A DNA stretch of 52,349 nucleotides from a virus: the IMG/VR virus record IMGVR_UViG_3300028898_000107; one strand, given 5' to 3'. The notes beneath the pieces are model-generated. The model did no database searches, was not told where the DNA came from, and was given only the letters and a program-made list of their open reading frames with translations. A program made the position numbers and the translations under genes. Below are positions 1 through 6,275 of the stretch, in pieces (the first letter of the stretch is position 1; the number at the start of each line of letters is the position of its first letter).

Positions 1-141
1 CAATCAAGCCTCTGTCCCTGTCGCATTGAAGGGTTCCGGCGCACAGAACATCAACGCGAATACACCATCTGGAGCGTCTGCCGCCAATACGATGAACCTG
101 TCGCCGGGTGATTCTGTATTCATCAGCAGCAACGGCGCATC
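1..141. repeat. terminal direct repeat, copy 1 (identical to 52209..52349)
   Basis: Read directly: bases 1-141 (caatcaagcctctgtccctg...aacggcgcatc) recur base-for-base at 52209-52349. This is consistent with an overlap closing a circular or permuted genome. Confidence 0.95.
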
Positions 142-517
142 TACGTGGAATTGTATCGGGCTGCCCGTATCGACAGGTAGTTTTACGATAACGGGAACCG
201 GGTTTGCGGTTAACCCGACTGCAACCGCGACCTACAAGATTATTAACGGTGTTGTGATCCTGACGATTCCAACCGGATCGCTAACTGGCACATCTAATGC
301 CGTCAACTTCACTCTAACTGGCCTTCCGGCTGCGATCCAGCCGTCTGCAATCAAGGATACACATCTTATTTCCGTTTCCGATAACGGCTCAGGAACTTGG
401 GCAGAAGCGTCGGTGTCTGGAAGCGTGATCACGCTCAATAAGGCGGGTCTGTCTGGCAACTGGACGGCTTCTGGAACGAAGAAGCTGTGGACTACCGATT
501 TTGTTTATACACTTTAA
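2..517 (+). CDS. tail fibre protein, C-terminal part (continues 51715..52349 across the circular junction)
   Basis: Codon phase is continuous with the open frame 51715..52349 once the 141-bp overlap is collapsed. Stop TAA at 515-517. The sequence is G/S/T/N-rich (LSPGDSVFISSNGASTWNCIG), as is typical of fibre distal domains. Confidence 0.8.
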   Translation, partial: NQASVPVALKGSGAQNINANTPSGASAANTMNLSPGDSVFISSNGASTWNCIGLPVSTGSFTITGTGFAVNPTATATYKIINGVVILTIPTGSLTGTSNAVNFTLTGLPAAIQPSAIKDTHLISVSDNGSGTWAEASVSGSVITLNKAGLSGNWTASGTKKLWTTDFVYTL

Positions 518-526
518 GGAAATGAT

Positions 527-1063
527 ATGAATATGCCCTATAGGTATCTCGATGATAGAAAAGAGGTGATCATTCGTGTTGCGGATAACCATCGTTTTTA
601 TCCTCGCGACGACTCGGAATTCTTGAATTGGCAAACCGCAGGCGGAATTCCTGATACTGCCGCCCCGCCTTCAAATAGCGACCTATGGAATCGTATTAAA
701 TCCAAGCGCGACACCGTCTTGCTCGGCGGCGTGAAGGTCGGCACCAAGTGGTACCACACCGACGATGCAAGCCGCATTAAGTACCTCGCCCTGCTCAAGA
801 TGGCCGAGCAGGCGCTGACTGCTGGCGCTGTTGGCACGACCGTCTTGCAGTACGGCGGCGTGGACATCAAGTGGAAGACCATGGACGGCACGTTCATCAA
901 CATGACGGTGCAGCGCGCTCAGGACGTGTTCAACGCAGTAAGCGGGCTGGACTTCACGGCATTCGCTGCTGCCGAGACCCACAAGGCCGCGATGGAGATC
1001 GCCGCGGACCCTGCGGCCTACGACTTCTCCGCCGGCTGGCCGGCATCGTTCCCCGCGGTGTAG
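527..1063 (+). CDS. tail-fibre-associated protein, DUF4376-like (fibre assembly/chaperone candidate)
   Basis: ATG 527 lies 6 nt after AAGGA. 178 aa. GGVKVGTKWYHTDDASRIKYLALL resembles DUF4376-type domains. It sits directly downstream of the fibre gene. Base composition switches from AT-rich to GC-rich at about 640-660 inside the ORF. Confidence 0.6.
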   Translation: MNMPYRYLDDRKEVIIRVADNHRFYPRDDSEFLNWQTAGGIPDTAAPPSNSDLWNRIKSKRDTVLLGGVKVGTKWYHTDDASRIKYLALLKMAEQALTAGAVGTTVLQYGGVDIKWKTMDGTFINMTVQRAQDVFNAVSGLDFTAFAAAETHKAAMEIAADPAAYDFSAGWPASFPAV

Positions 1064-1065
1064 CC

Positions 1066-1515
1066 ATGAAGATCGCCGTCATCATCAACGCCAACAAGCT
1101 GTCCGGACGCCTGACCCAGCGTTTCACTGGCTGCCCGGCCTATCACGTGGCATGGGTCGACGAGGAAGCGGGCCTGATGTACGACATGAACCTGCTGCGC
1201 CGCCGCAGGAAGTGGCCGTACTACCCGCAGGACCAAGTAGCGCTGTTCGACGCTCCGGGCAACGTGACGCGAGACTACCTCGAGGAGAAGCTCACCAGCG
1301 ACGAGAACCGCTACGGATTCATCGACTACCTGCTGTTCGCACTGCGCCCGCTGTACCATCTGTTCGGCAAGAGCACGCGCAATGCCGGCGGCGTGATCTG
1401 CTCGGAGATGGTCAACAACGACATCTGGGCCGGCGGCGGCGAGACGCCGTGGCAGCCGGGCGACCCGCCGCCGAGTCCGTGCGATCTTTATGGGTGGATG
1501 ACGGGCAGAGGGTAG
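1066..1515 (+). CDS. permuted papain-like / NlpC-P60 superfamily amidase (YiiX/C92-like)
   Basis: ATG 1066 lies 3 nt after the previous stop. His-before-Cys arrangement (AYHVAWV ... GGVICSEMV). GC-rich. The longer 871 start overlaps the upstream gene and was not used. Confidence 0.6.
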   Translation: MKIAVIINANKLSGRLTQRFTGCPAYHVAWVDEEAGLMYDMNLLRRRRKWPYYPQDQVALFDAPGNVTRDYLEEKLTSDENRYGFIDYLLFALRPLYHLFGKSTRNAGGVICSEMVNNDIWAGGGETPWQPGDPPPSPCDLYGWMTGRG

Positions 1516-1543
1516 CTCTGTTGTTGTTGTGATGCAAGTATCC

Positions 1544-1567
1544 GGCCGCTTCCAGCGGCCTTTTTTA
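1544..1567 (+). terminator. rho-independent terminator
   Basis: GGCCGCT-TCC-AGCGGCC hairpin (1544-1560) followed by TTTTTT (1561-1566), 29 nt after the stop at 1515. Confidence 0.8.
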
Positions 1568-1590
1568 TGCCGATTGAAAGGATGGGAGTG

Positions 1591-1953
1591 ATGCCGGAAA
1601 AAAGACCCGACCCTGTGGGGATTTGCGACCTGGACGCTGTTGACGGTGATGAGCCTGCTGGGTGGTCTGACCAGCTGGTATCGCCGCGTGAAGGCGGGCC
1701 ACACCCGCGCATTCAACCTGATCGAGCTGGTCGGAGAGATGTCCATCAGCTTCTTCATGGCTTCGTCGGATTCGTCGTGGCGGACTGGTATTTCGAGTCA
1801 CACGGCATCGCCGCCGAAGCCGCCGCGATCAACACCTGGCGCGACGCGGTGTGGGAGCATTGCGTTGCGCTGCTTGGCCAGGTGACGGCCGGCACAGTTC
1901 CTGTACCGACCGAAGCTGAACTTATCGCCGGACTACCTGTGGCCCCGTGGTAA
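1591..1953 (+). pseudogene. holin-like gene relic with two compensating frameshifts
   Basis: Frame A gives MPEKR..., and again ...GFVGFVVADWYFESHG... from about 1760. The membrane core LTVMSLLGGLTSWYRRVKAGHTRAFNLIELVGEMSISFFM is only readable in the +1 frame between an A6 run (1598-1603) and GG at 1759-1760. Confidence 0.55.
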
Positions 1954-1992
1954 GTCTCTCAATAAATAGGGTCAATAGGGAAAGGAGTGAAG

Positions 1993-2256
1993 ATGGATTC
2001 GGAGCGTAGAGGTTGGCACTTGGAGAAGAATGTCTCGATAGGGCATATCATCACCACCTTCTCGGTAGCGGTGTCAATGTTGATCTGGGCTACCACTGTG
2101 GAGAAGAGAGTATCCCTATTGGAGGCTACCACTCCGGTGTTGATGCGGGCAGATGACCGTCAGGAGGAGTCCCGGAGGGAGTTGGTGAATGCCCTGAGAG
2201 AAGACCTACGGGTCATCAATGCCAAGCTGGATAGGCTGAGCGAGAGAAAGCCATGA
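1993..2256 (+). CDS. small membrane protein of lysis cassette (holin/antiholin candidate)
   Basis: AAAGGAG at 1981-1987, then ATG 1993 (GTG 1987 is an alternative). One hydrophobic segment (IGHIITTFSVAVSMLIWATTV) followed by a charged coiled-coil tail. Overlaps the next gene (ATGA). Confidence 0.6.
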   Translation: MDSERRGWHLEKNVSIGHIITTFSVAVSMLIWATTVEKRVSLLEATTPVLMRADDRQEESRRELVNALREDLRVINAKLDRLSERKP

Positions 2257-2681
2257 AAATCCTGGTCAAGCGGGAGTCCTTCCTTCCGAAGTGCACCATT
2301 GGGAGTCTATACATTGACGGGAAGTTCGTGTGTTACACTCTCGAAGATACCGTTCGGGAAAGGAAGGGGGAGCCTGTCAGCCATTGGAAGATACCAAAAG
2401 AAACTGCCATACCCGTTGGGACCTATCAGTGTCATATCACCATGAGTCCTAGGTTCCGTAGGATGCTTCCGGAGCTGCTGGGAGTAGACGGATTCACCGG
2501 GGTCAGGATCCATGGGGGGAATGATGAGTCTGACACCGAAGGCTGCATCCTAGTGGGTGCCTACAAGAAAGTCACCACTATCCACAATTGTGCTACCGCC
2601 CTGACTTGGGTCATGAATGAGATCCAAAAGGCGCTAGACGATCATCAACCGGTGACGGTTGAGATTTATGGATTGCCCTAA
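2253..2681 (+). CDS. DUF5675-like protein, putative cell-wall-active enzyme (endolysin candidate)
   Basis: TIGSLYIDGKFVCYTLED ... VRIHGGNDESDTEGCILVG. The His...Gly-Cys spacing is reminiscent of YkuD-type active sites. It sits between holin candidates and the spanins. Confidence 0.6.
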   Translation: MKILVKRESFLPKCTIGSLYIDGKFVCYTLEDTVRERKGEPVSHWKIPKETAIPVGTYQCHITMSPRFRRMLPELLGVDGFTGVRIHGGNDESDTEGCILVGAYKKVTTIHNCATALTWVMNEIQKALDDHQPVTVEIYGLP

Positions 2682-2691
2682 GGAGTAGAGA

Positions 2692-3021
2692 ATGCTTACA
2701 CCGAAATTGACCTTTGGAGTCATCCTTGGACTTCTGGGGATCCTGGCTTTCATGCTGGCATACCGAGCCTCTCGAGACCAGGCCAGCAAGTTTGACTTCG
2801 CCCAGGCCTTCATTGATGCCGACGGGAAGACCTCCCTGTGGAGGATCGGGGTATTCGTCGCACTGGCCTCTTCCACCTGGTCCTTCGTGTATTTGGTCTT
2901 GAATGACAAGATTAGCGAGTGGTACTTCACCACCTACATGGGTATCTGGGTGTTGGGGGGAGCCAACAGTAAATGGACGGAGAAGTTCCGTACTTCTCCT
3001 GACCAGGAGAAGCCCCAATGA
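2692..3021 (+). CDS. holin candidate (three hydrophobic segments)
   Basis: AGGAG 2681-2685, then ATG 2692. 109 aa with three TM-like stretches (FGVILGLLGILAFMLAY, IGVFVALASSTWSFVYLVL, YMGIWVLGG) and a charged C-terminus. Confidence 0.65.
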   Translation: MLTPKLTFGVILGLLGILAFMLAYRASRDQASKFDFAQAFIDADGKTSLWRIGVFVALASSTWSFVYLVLNDKISEWYFTTYMGIWVLGGANSKWTEKFRTSPDQEKPQ

Positions 3022-3344
3022 CCACCTTCGAGAAGCTGGGGCTGGCTGGAGTCATCTTCATTCTGGGAGTAGCCTCTGGCTGGCTAGTTCATCAATGGAA
3101 GAGCGACTCTGAACAGTTGTCCGCACAATCGGCCTCTGAGAAGGCCTATCGGAAGGCGGCAGAAAGGGCCGAGGCCCTCGGACAGTCCCTACAGACTACG
3201 CTTGACCGGATCGGAGACAAGAGGCTCTCATCCACTAAGGAGATATTCCATGAGACTACCAAGATTGAGTACCGTTGTTTGTTGCCTGAGTCTGGCCGCT
3301 TGCTCTACAACAGCGCCGTTGCCTCCAGCCCCGGCAGCCCTTAA
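3018..3344 (+). CDS. i-spanin (Rz-like)
   Basis: ATGA overlap with the holin candidate. N-terminal TM segment (LGLAGVIFILGVASGWLV), coiled-coil periplasmic part, and C-terminal YRCLLPESGRLLYNSA typical of Rz proteins. Confidence 0.8.
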   Translation: MTTFEKLGLAGVIFILGVASGWLVHQWKSDSEQLSAQSASEKAYRKAAERAEALGQSLQTTLDRIGDKRLSSTKEIFHETTKIEYRCLLPESGRLLYNSAVASSPGSP

Positions 3345-3492
3345 GGTGGAGTGTAAGGCCGCCAAACCTCTTCAGGAGGGGGCGGACATGGGAGACCTGC
3401 TAAACGTGGCTACAGACGCCGTCTATTCGCTCGCAGAGTGCCGTGAGAGGGTTAAGGCTTGGATACAGTGGGCGGACGAGCAGGGCCTGTAG
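3250..3492 (+). CDS. o-spanin (Rz1-like lipoprotein), overlapping the i-spanin gene in another frame
   Basis: AAGGAG 3237-3242, then ATG 3250. Signal peptide plus lipobox: MRLPRLSTVVCCLSLAAC. Pro-rich mature N-terminus. Confidence 0.8.
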   Translation: MRLPRLSTVVCCLSLAACSTTAPLPPAPAALKVECKAAKPLQEGADMGDLLNVATDAVYSLAECRERVKAWIQWADEQGL

Positions 3493-3766
3493 GAATCCAC
3501 GGAAATCCCTTCCTTACGGGTTCCCAAACACTGATGAGGAAGTCTCTCTCCTGATGCGGATCAATTGAAAAAGGGTATCCGATCACAGTCGGGATCACAG
3601 AGAGATTCGGGTTGGAGAATAAGAAAAGGGCCTTCTTAGAAGCCCTAGCCTGGCAGTACCCCTGTGCGGAGAACTTCACGAGCATCTCCGGCTCATAGTA
3701 ATACTTCCTCACATGCTCTGAACGAGCCCGCCACATCTCCTCACTTAGACGGTCTAGCAAGTCCAT
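3452..3766 (-). CDS. hypothetical protein (last gene of leftward unit)
   Basis: AAGGAGGG precedes ATG 3766. 104 aa. Its 3' end converges on and overlaps the o-spanin gene by 41 nt. Confidence 0.65.
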   Translation of the reverse strand: MDLLDRLSEEMWRARSEHVRKYYYEPEMLVKFSAQGYCQARASKKALFLFSNPNLSVIPTVIGYPFSIDPHQERDFLISVWEPVRKGFPWIPTGPARPPTVSKP

Positions 3767-4157
3767 CCGTTCCCTCCTTATAAAAGATGTGACTGCCGAA
3801 CACTCCCACCCTTCTCATTCCCCTATTCCACTTAGGGTCCACAGCCTGGGTGTGGAAGTGTGTGGCTCCATGAGTAAAATCGAGTATCTGATAGGACATT
3901 CTGGCTACCATCTGAGCCCTTTCCCAGGCCTGGTGGTTCTTAGGCCGATAATCGGGAACTACCACCCCTCCCCTCACTCCCTCAATGGTCCAAGAGAACT
4001 GGTAGGGCTCGAAGACCGTCTGACAAATGTCACCCGTCCTCTTAGTCCGGTTCAGGGTCACCATGGCCACCGCTAACTGCCCCACTAGAGGGTCATTCCT
4101 AGCCTCATGATAGACGTTGAGGGCCAGGCAGGTAATGGCTACCTCAAAGCCCGTCAT
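3741..4157 (-). CDS. SleB-type cell wall hydrolase (Hydrolase_2-like)
   Basis: CLALNVYHEARNDPLVGQLAVAMVTLNR ... YQFSW motifs. ATG 4157 is coupled (TGATG) to the stop of the upstream gene. A TTG at 4220 would add a hydrophobic N-terminus. Confidence 0.75.
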   Translation of the reverse strand: MTGFEVAITCLALNVYHEARNDPLVGQLAVAMVTLNRTKRTGDICQTVFEPYQFSWTIEGVRGGVVVPDYRPKNHQAWERAQMVARMSYQILDFTHGATHFHTQAVDPKWNRGMRRVGVFGSHIFYKEGTDGLARPSK

Positions 4158-4351
4158 CACCGAAAGAGCCAAAAGCCCAAGATGAAGAGTACCACCAGCA
4201 AGGCCCCTACTCCTAGCCAAATTCCCTGACCCAGGATCTGAGACATCTCGTCACGGTCACTCACAGATAAAGGTTGATGTCTCCCCGTTGGGTCTTGACG
4301 ATAGGACCCCATGGGGTGTCCAGTATGTGGATCTGGGTCATTAAGGCTCAT
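4157..4351 (-). CDS. small tail-anchored membrane protein
   Basis: GGGAGGGGA precedes ATG 4351. 64 aa with a C-terminal TM segment (GIWLGVGALLVVLFILGFWLF). Confidence 0.65.
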   Translation of the reverse strand: MSLNDPDPHTGHPMGSYRQDPTGRHQPLSVSDRDEMSQILGQGIWLGVGALLVVLFILGFWLFR

Positions 4352-4366
4352 AATCGCTTCCCCTCC

Positions 4367-4486
4367 CTATAGTGAAAGATACAAACGGATGATCTTCTTG
4401 ACCCAGGGCCAGGATAACTCTACCAGCTGAAGAACAGCCCAGAGCAAAAAGACTGTGGAAAAGAAGAAGAACAATATGGGATGCAT
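4367..4486 (-). CDS. 39-aa hydrophobic peptide
   Basis: AAGGAGG 5 nt upstream of ATG 4486. Product MHPILFFFFSTVFLLWAVLQLVELSWPWVKKIIRLYLSL. It is the first ORF after the promoter at 4511-4539. It is too short to appear in the ORF track. Confidence 0.45.
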   Translation of the reverse strand: MHPILFFFFSTVFLLWAVLQLVELSWPWVKKIIRLYLSL

Positions 4487-4508
4487 GAGAACCTCCTTGT
4501 TGATAGGA

Positions 4509-4961
4509 TCATATTATACCTCCATGAGGTGAAAGTAAATGATCCACCAAGAGTGAAGTAAAATCCTTCCATCTTCTAGATCCCGGAGAGTCGTAGTAGA
4601 GGGTAGCCAGGTCGAAGGCTCGTTCCGCACTCACCCCCTGTTCTAACTCAGGTCCATGGCTGTGGTGATGAGCCATCAGTACCCTGTTGCCATGAGAAGA
4701 CAGTATGAAGGACTTCCCCCCGGCTTCCTCCCACTCCCTCAGCCAGTCTAGTTGACGAGGGCGGAATTTGACCTTCAAAACCCTCATTCCTGAGAACTCC
4801 TTAAGCTCGAGAGCCACAGGCACGCCCAGAGGCCCTCCCGGGCTCTTACAGGACCCTATCACATCAGGTACCCCAGGGGTGAATCGGTCCGAGATCTTTT
4901 GAAACTTTCCGAACCTCTGTAGCTCAGGGCTTAGATTTCTCCACAGAGCAGATTCTTTCAT
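4509..4961 (-). CDS. VRR-NUC / PD-(D/E)xK nuclease (resolvase-like)
   Basis: GGAGG precedes ATG 4961. Motifs GVPDVIG ... VALELKEF ... RPRQLDWLREWEEAGG. Confidence 0.6.
   Translation of the reverse strand: MKESALWRNLSPELQRFGKFQKISDRFTPGVPDVIGSCKSPGGPLGVPVALELKEFSGMRVLKVKFRPRQLDWLREWEEAGGKSFILSSHGNRVLMAHHHSHGPELEQGVSAERAFDLATLYYDSPGSRRWKDFTSLLVDHLLSPHGGII
4511..4539 (-). promoter_or_regulatory. sigma70-like promoter TTTACT-N17-TAATAT
   Basis: Reverse complement reads TTTACTttcacctcatggaggtaTAATAT. It overlaps the 3' end of the nuclease gene. It is followed by gatcctatcaacAAGGAGGttctcATG. Confidence 0.65.
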
Positions 4962-5016
4962 AGGTCCTCCATGAGAAAGAGCCCCGAAGGGCTCTTTTGG
5001 TGGGTGAGGCTTAGGG

Positions 5017-5460
5017 TTACTTCGCCTCGGGAGCCAGCAGCTTGCGAACTGCGGCCAGTTCACGAGAGCCATCCTTCCAGGCCCAGACCCCGGAATCCGG
5101 CTTGGAGACCTCGGAGTTCCGCAGCTTACGACGAAGAGCCACAGGGGTGGTCTTGAATTCCTTAGCCAGAGCCTCCAGGCCGATATGGCCTTCGGGTACC
5201 TGGCGGCCGCGCAGGCCAGAGGTGTTCTTGGCAGGCTTGGCAGGCTTGGCAGGTGCAGCAGGCTTGGCAGGTGCAGCAGGCTTGGCAGGTGCAGCGGCTT
5301 TGGCGGCAGGCTTGGCAGAAACAGTTTTCTTCTTCACGGGTTCGTTCATGTTATCCTCTTCACGGTGGTTGGTATGGTGGTTAGTCTCAGATTCGATGAG
5401 GTCTTGAATATGAGATGGTGTCATTCTATCTGCTTCATCATCATTTGTAAATGGGTTCAT
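5017..5460 (-). CDS. histone-H1-like Lys/Ala/Pro-repeat protein with a small C-terminal domain
   Basis: GGGAGA precedes ATG 5460 (ATG 5349 is an alternative). Central KPAAKAAAPAKPAAPAKPAAPAKPAKPAK. The C-terminal module is shared with the 8028..8576 product. Confidence 0.65.
   Translation of the reverse strand: MNPFTNDDEADRMTPSHIQDLIESETNHHTNHREEDNMNEPVKKKTVSAKPAAKAAAPAKPAAPAKPAAPAKPAKPAKNTSGLRGRQVPEGHIGLEALAKEFKTTPVALRRKLRNSEVSKPDSGVWAWKDGSRELAAVRKLLAPEAK
5227..5319. repeat. tandem 9/18-bp repeat (CTTGGCAGG / TGCAGCAGG units) encoding PAK/PAA repeats
   Basis: Read directly. At least six CTTGGCAGG units are interleaved with TGCAGCAGG, all in-frame within CDS 5017..5460. Confidence 0.9.
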
Positions 5461-5493
5461 CTTGGTTGTCTCCCTTAGTTCTCTGATTTCGAA

Positions 5494-6206
5494 TCAGCCT
5501 AAAAGGCCGGCTATCTTGGTTCCTTCAACTGAAGCTCCTAGGGGAAGCTTGGAACCGTACTCCTTCCCCTCCCTCATGGCCGACCCCAGAACCGAGGAGC
5601 TTCTAGAGGATTTGGCCCTCCTCAGTTCTATTCCCTGGTCCTTTAGAAAAGCCATATTGAGTTCTATTTCAATCTTGTAGTAATCCGCCAGAACCAGGGA
5701 AGTCCCTGTGGACTCTGAGGTCTCAACCTCCTTCTGTTTTCTCATCTCCCAAACCCTAGTCTGGATCTGAGAAGCACCCCCTCCGAGAAGCTTCTCCTCC
5801 ACTCGGCCCCCATCCCCAGAGCTCTAGCTCTCTTTCCGGCCTCTCTCCTGACGGAAGAGACTAAGAACATAGAGAGTTCCATGGCGGTGACTGAGTTGGA
5901 TAGCTTTCCTACGAAATGGTGGTGGAGCATATTGCGAGTGGAGGACCTTTGGATATAGTACTTGCAGAAGAAGAGTTCTGCCACTGCTTTGCAAATATCC
6001 TTAGCCCAGGGTCTCCCATAGAAGATCTCTTCGGTATCAGTCCTCTTCTCCTCTTTAGGATTGATGTCGGACATCTCCAGGTTGTGCTTGGCGATTAGGT
6101 TGTAGGCCATTCTCAGGGCGTTGTCTCGTTCCCCTTCGGTAGCCGCCTCATTGTTGGCCAGGGCCAACAATTTGCGAATCTTGTCGATGATACGTTCTTC
6201 AGTCAT
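5494..6206 (-). pseudogene. DUF2786-type protein interrupted by a frameshift at a G5 run
   Basis: GGGAGA precedes ATG 6206. N-terminus IIDKIRKLLALANNEAATEGERDNAL. The frame stops at 5742, but the conserved C-terminal part (GASQIQTRVWEMRK...SLVLADYY...) continues in ORF 5494..5802. The switch is at the C5/G5 run 5777-5781. Confidence 0.6.
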
Positions 6207-6243
6207 GTAATTCTCCCGGTTGGTTGATGAATGATACAAGCCC

Positions 6244-6272
6244 ATCCTAAGACTAGTCGATGAGATTGTAAA
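6244..6272 (-). promoter_or_regulatory. sigma70-like promoter TTTACA-N17-TAGGAT
   Basis: Reverse complement is TTTACAatctcatcgactagtctTAGGAT. It lies in the 30-nt gap plus leader between the SNF2 and DUF2786 genes. It is a member of a repeated promoter-leader cassette. Confidence 0.65.
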
Positions 6273-6275
6273 TGG

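Noticed and set aside
1-141. The 141-bp repeat as a biological direct terminal repeat of the virion DNA
   Set aside because: It lies in the middle of a tail-fibre coding sequence. Its length is typical of an assembler k-mer overlap on circular contigs. Only read-end analysis can settle this, so it is reported as circular closure.
871-1065. N-terminal extension of the amidase ORF (track start 871)
   Set aside because: It overlaps almost 200 nt of the preceding gene in another frame. ATG 1066 directly follows the upstream stop.
1018-1758. 246-aa minus-strand ORF and 126-aa plus-strand alternative-frame ORF in the GC-rich island
   Set aside because: High GC suppresses stop codons in all frames. 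These ORFs cross the strong terminator at 1544-1567 and overlap better-supported genes.
3741-4220. Long form of the SleB-like hydrolase with a TTG start, giving a Gly/Ala-rich hydrophobic N-terminus (SAR-endolysin-like)
   Set aside because: The TTG has a poor RBS and overlaps the upstream gene by 64 nt. ATG 4157 is translationally coupled (TGATG) to that gene. The idea cannot be excluded without N-terminal data.
5227-5319. Short tandem repeats as a possible CRISPR array
   Set aside because: The units are 9/18 bp, contiguous with no spacers, and in-frame within a coding sequence (PAKPAA repeats).
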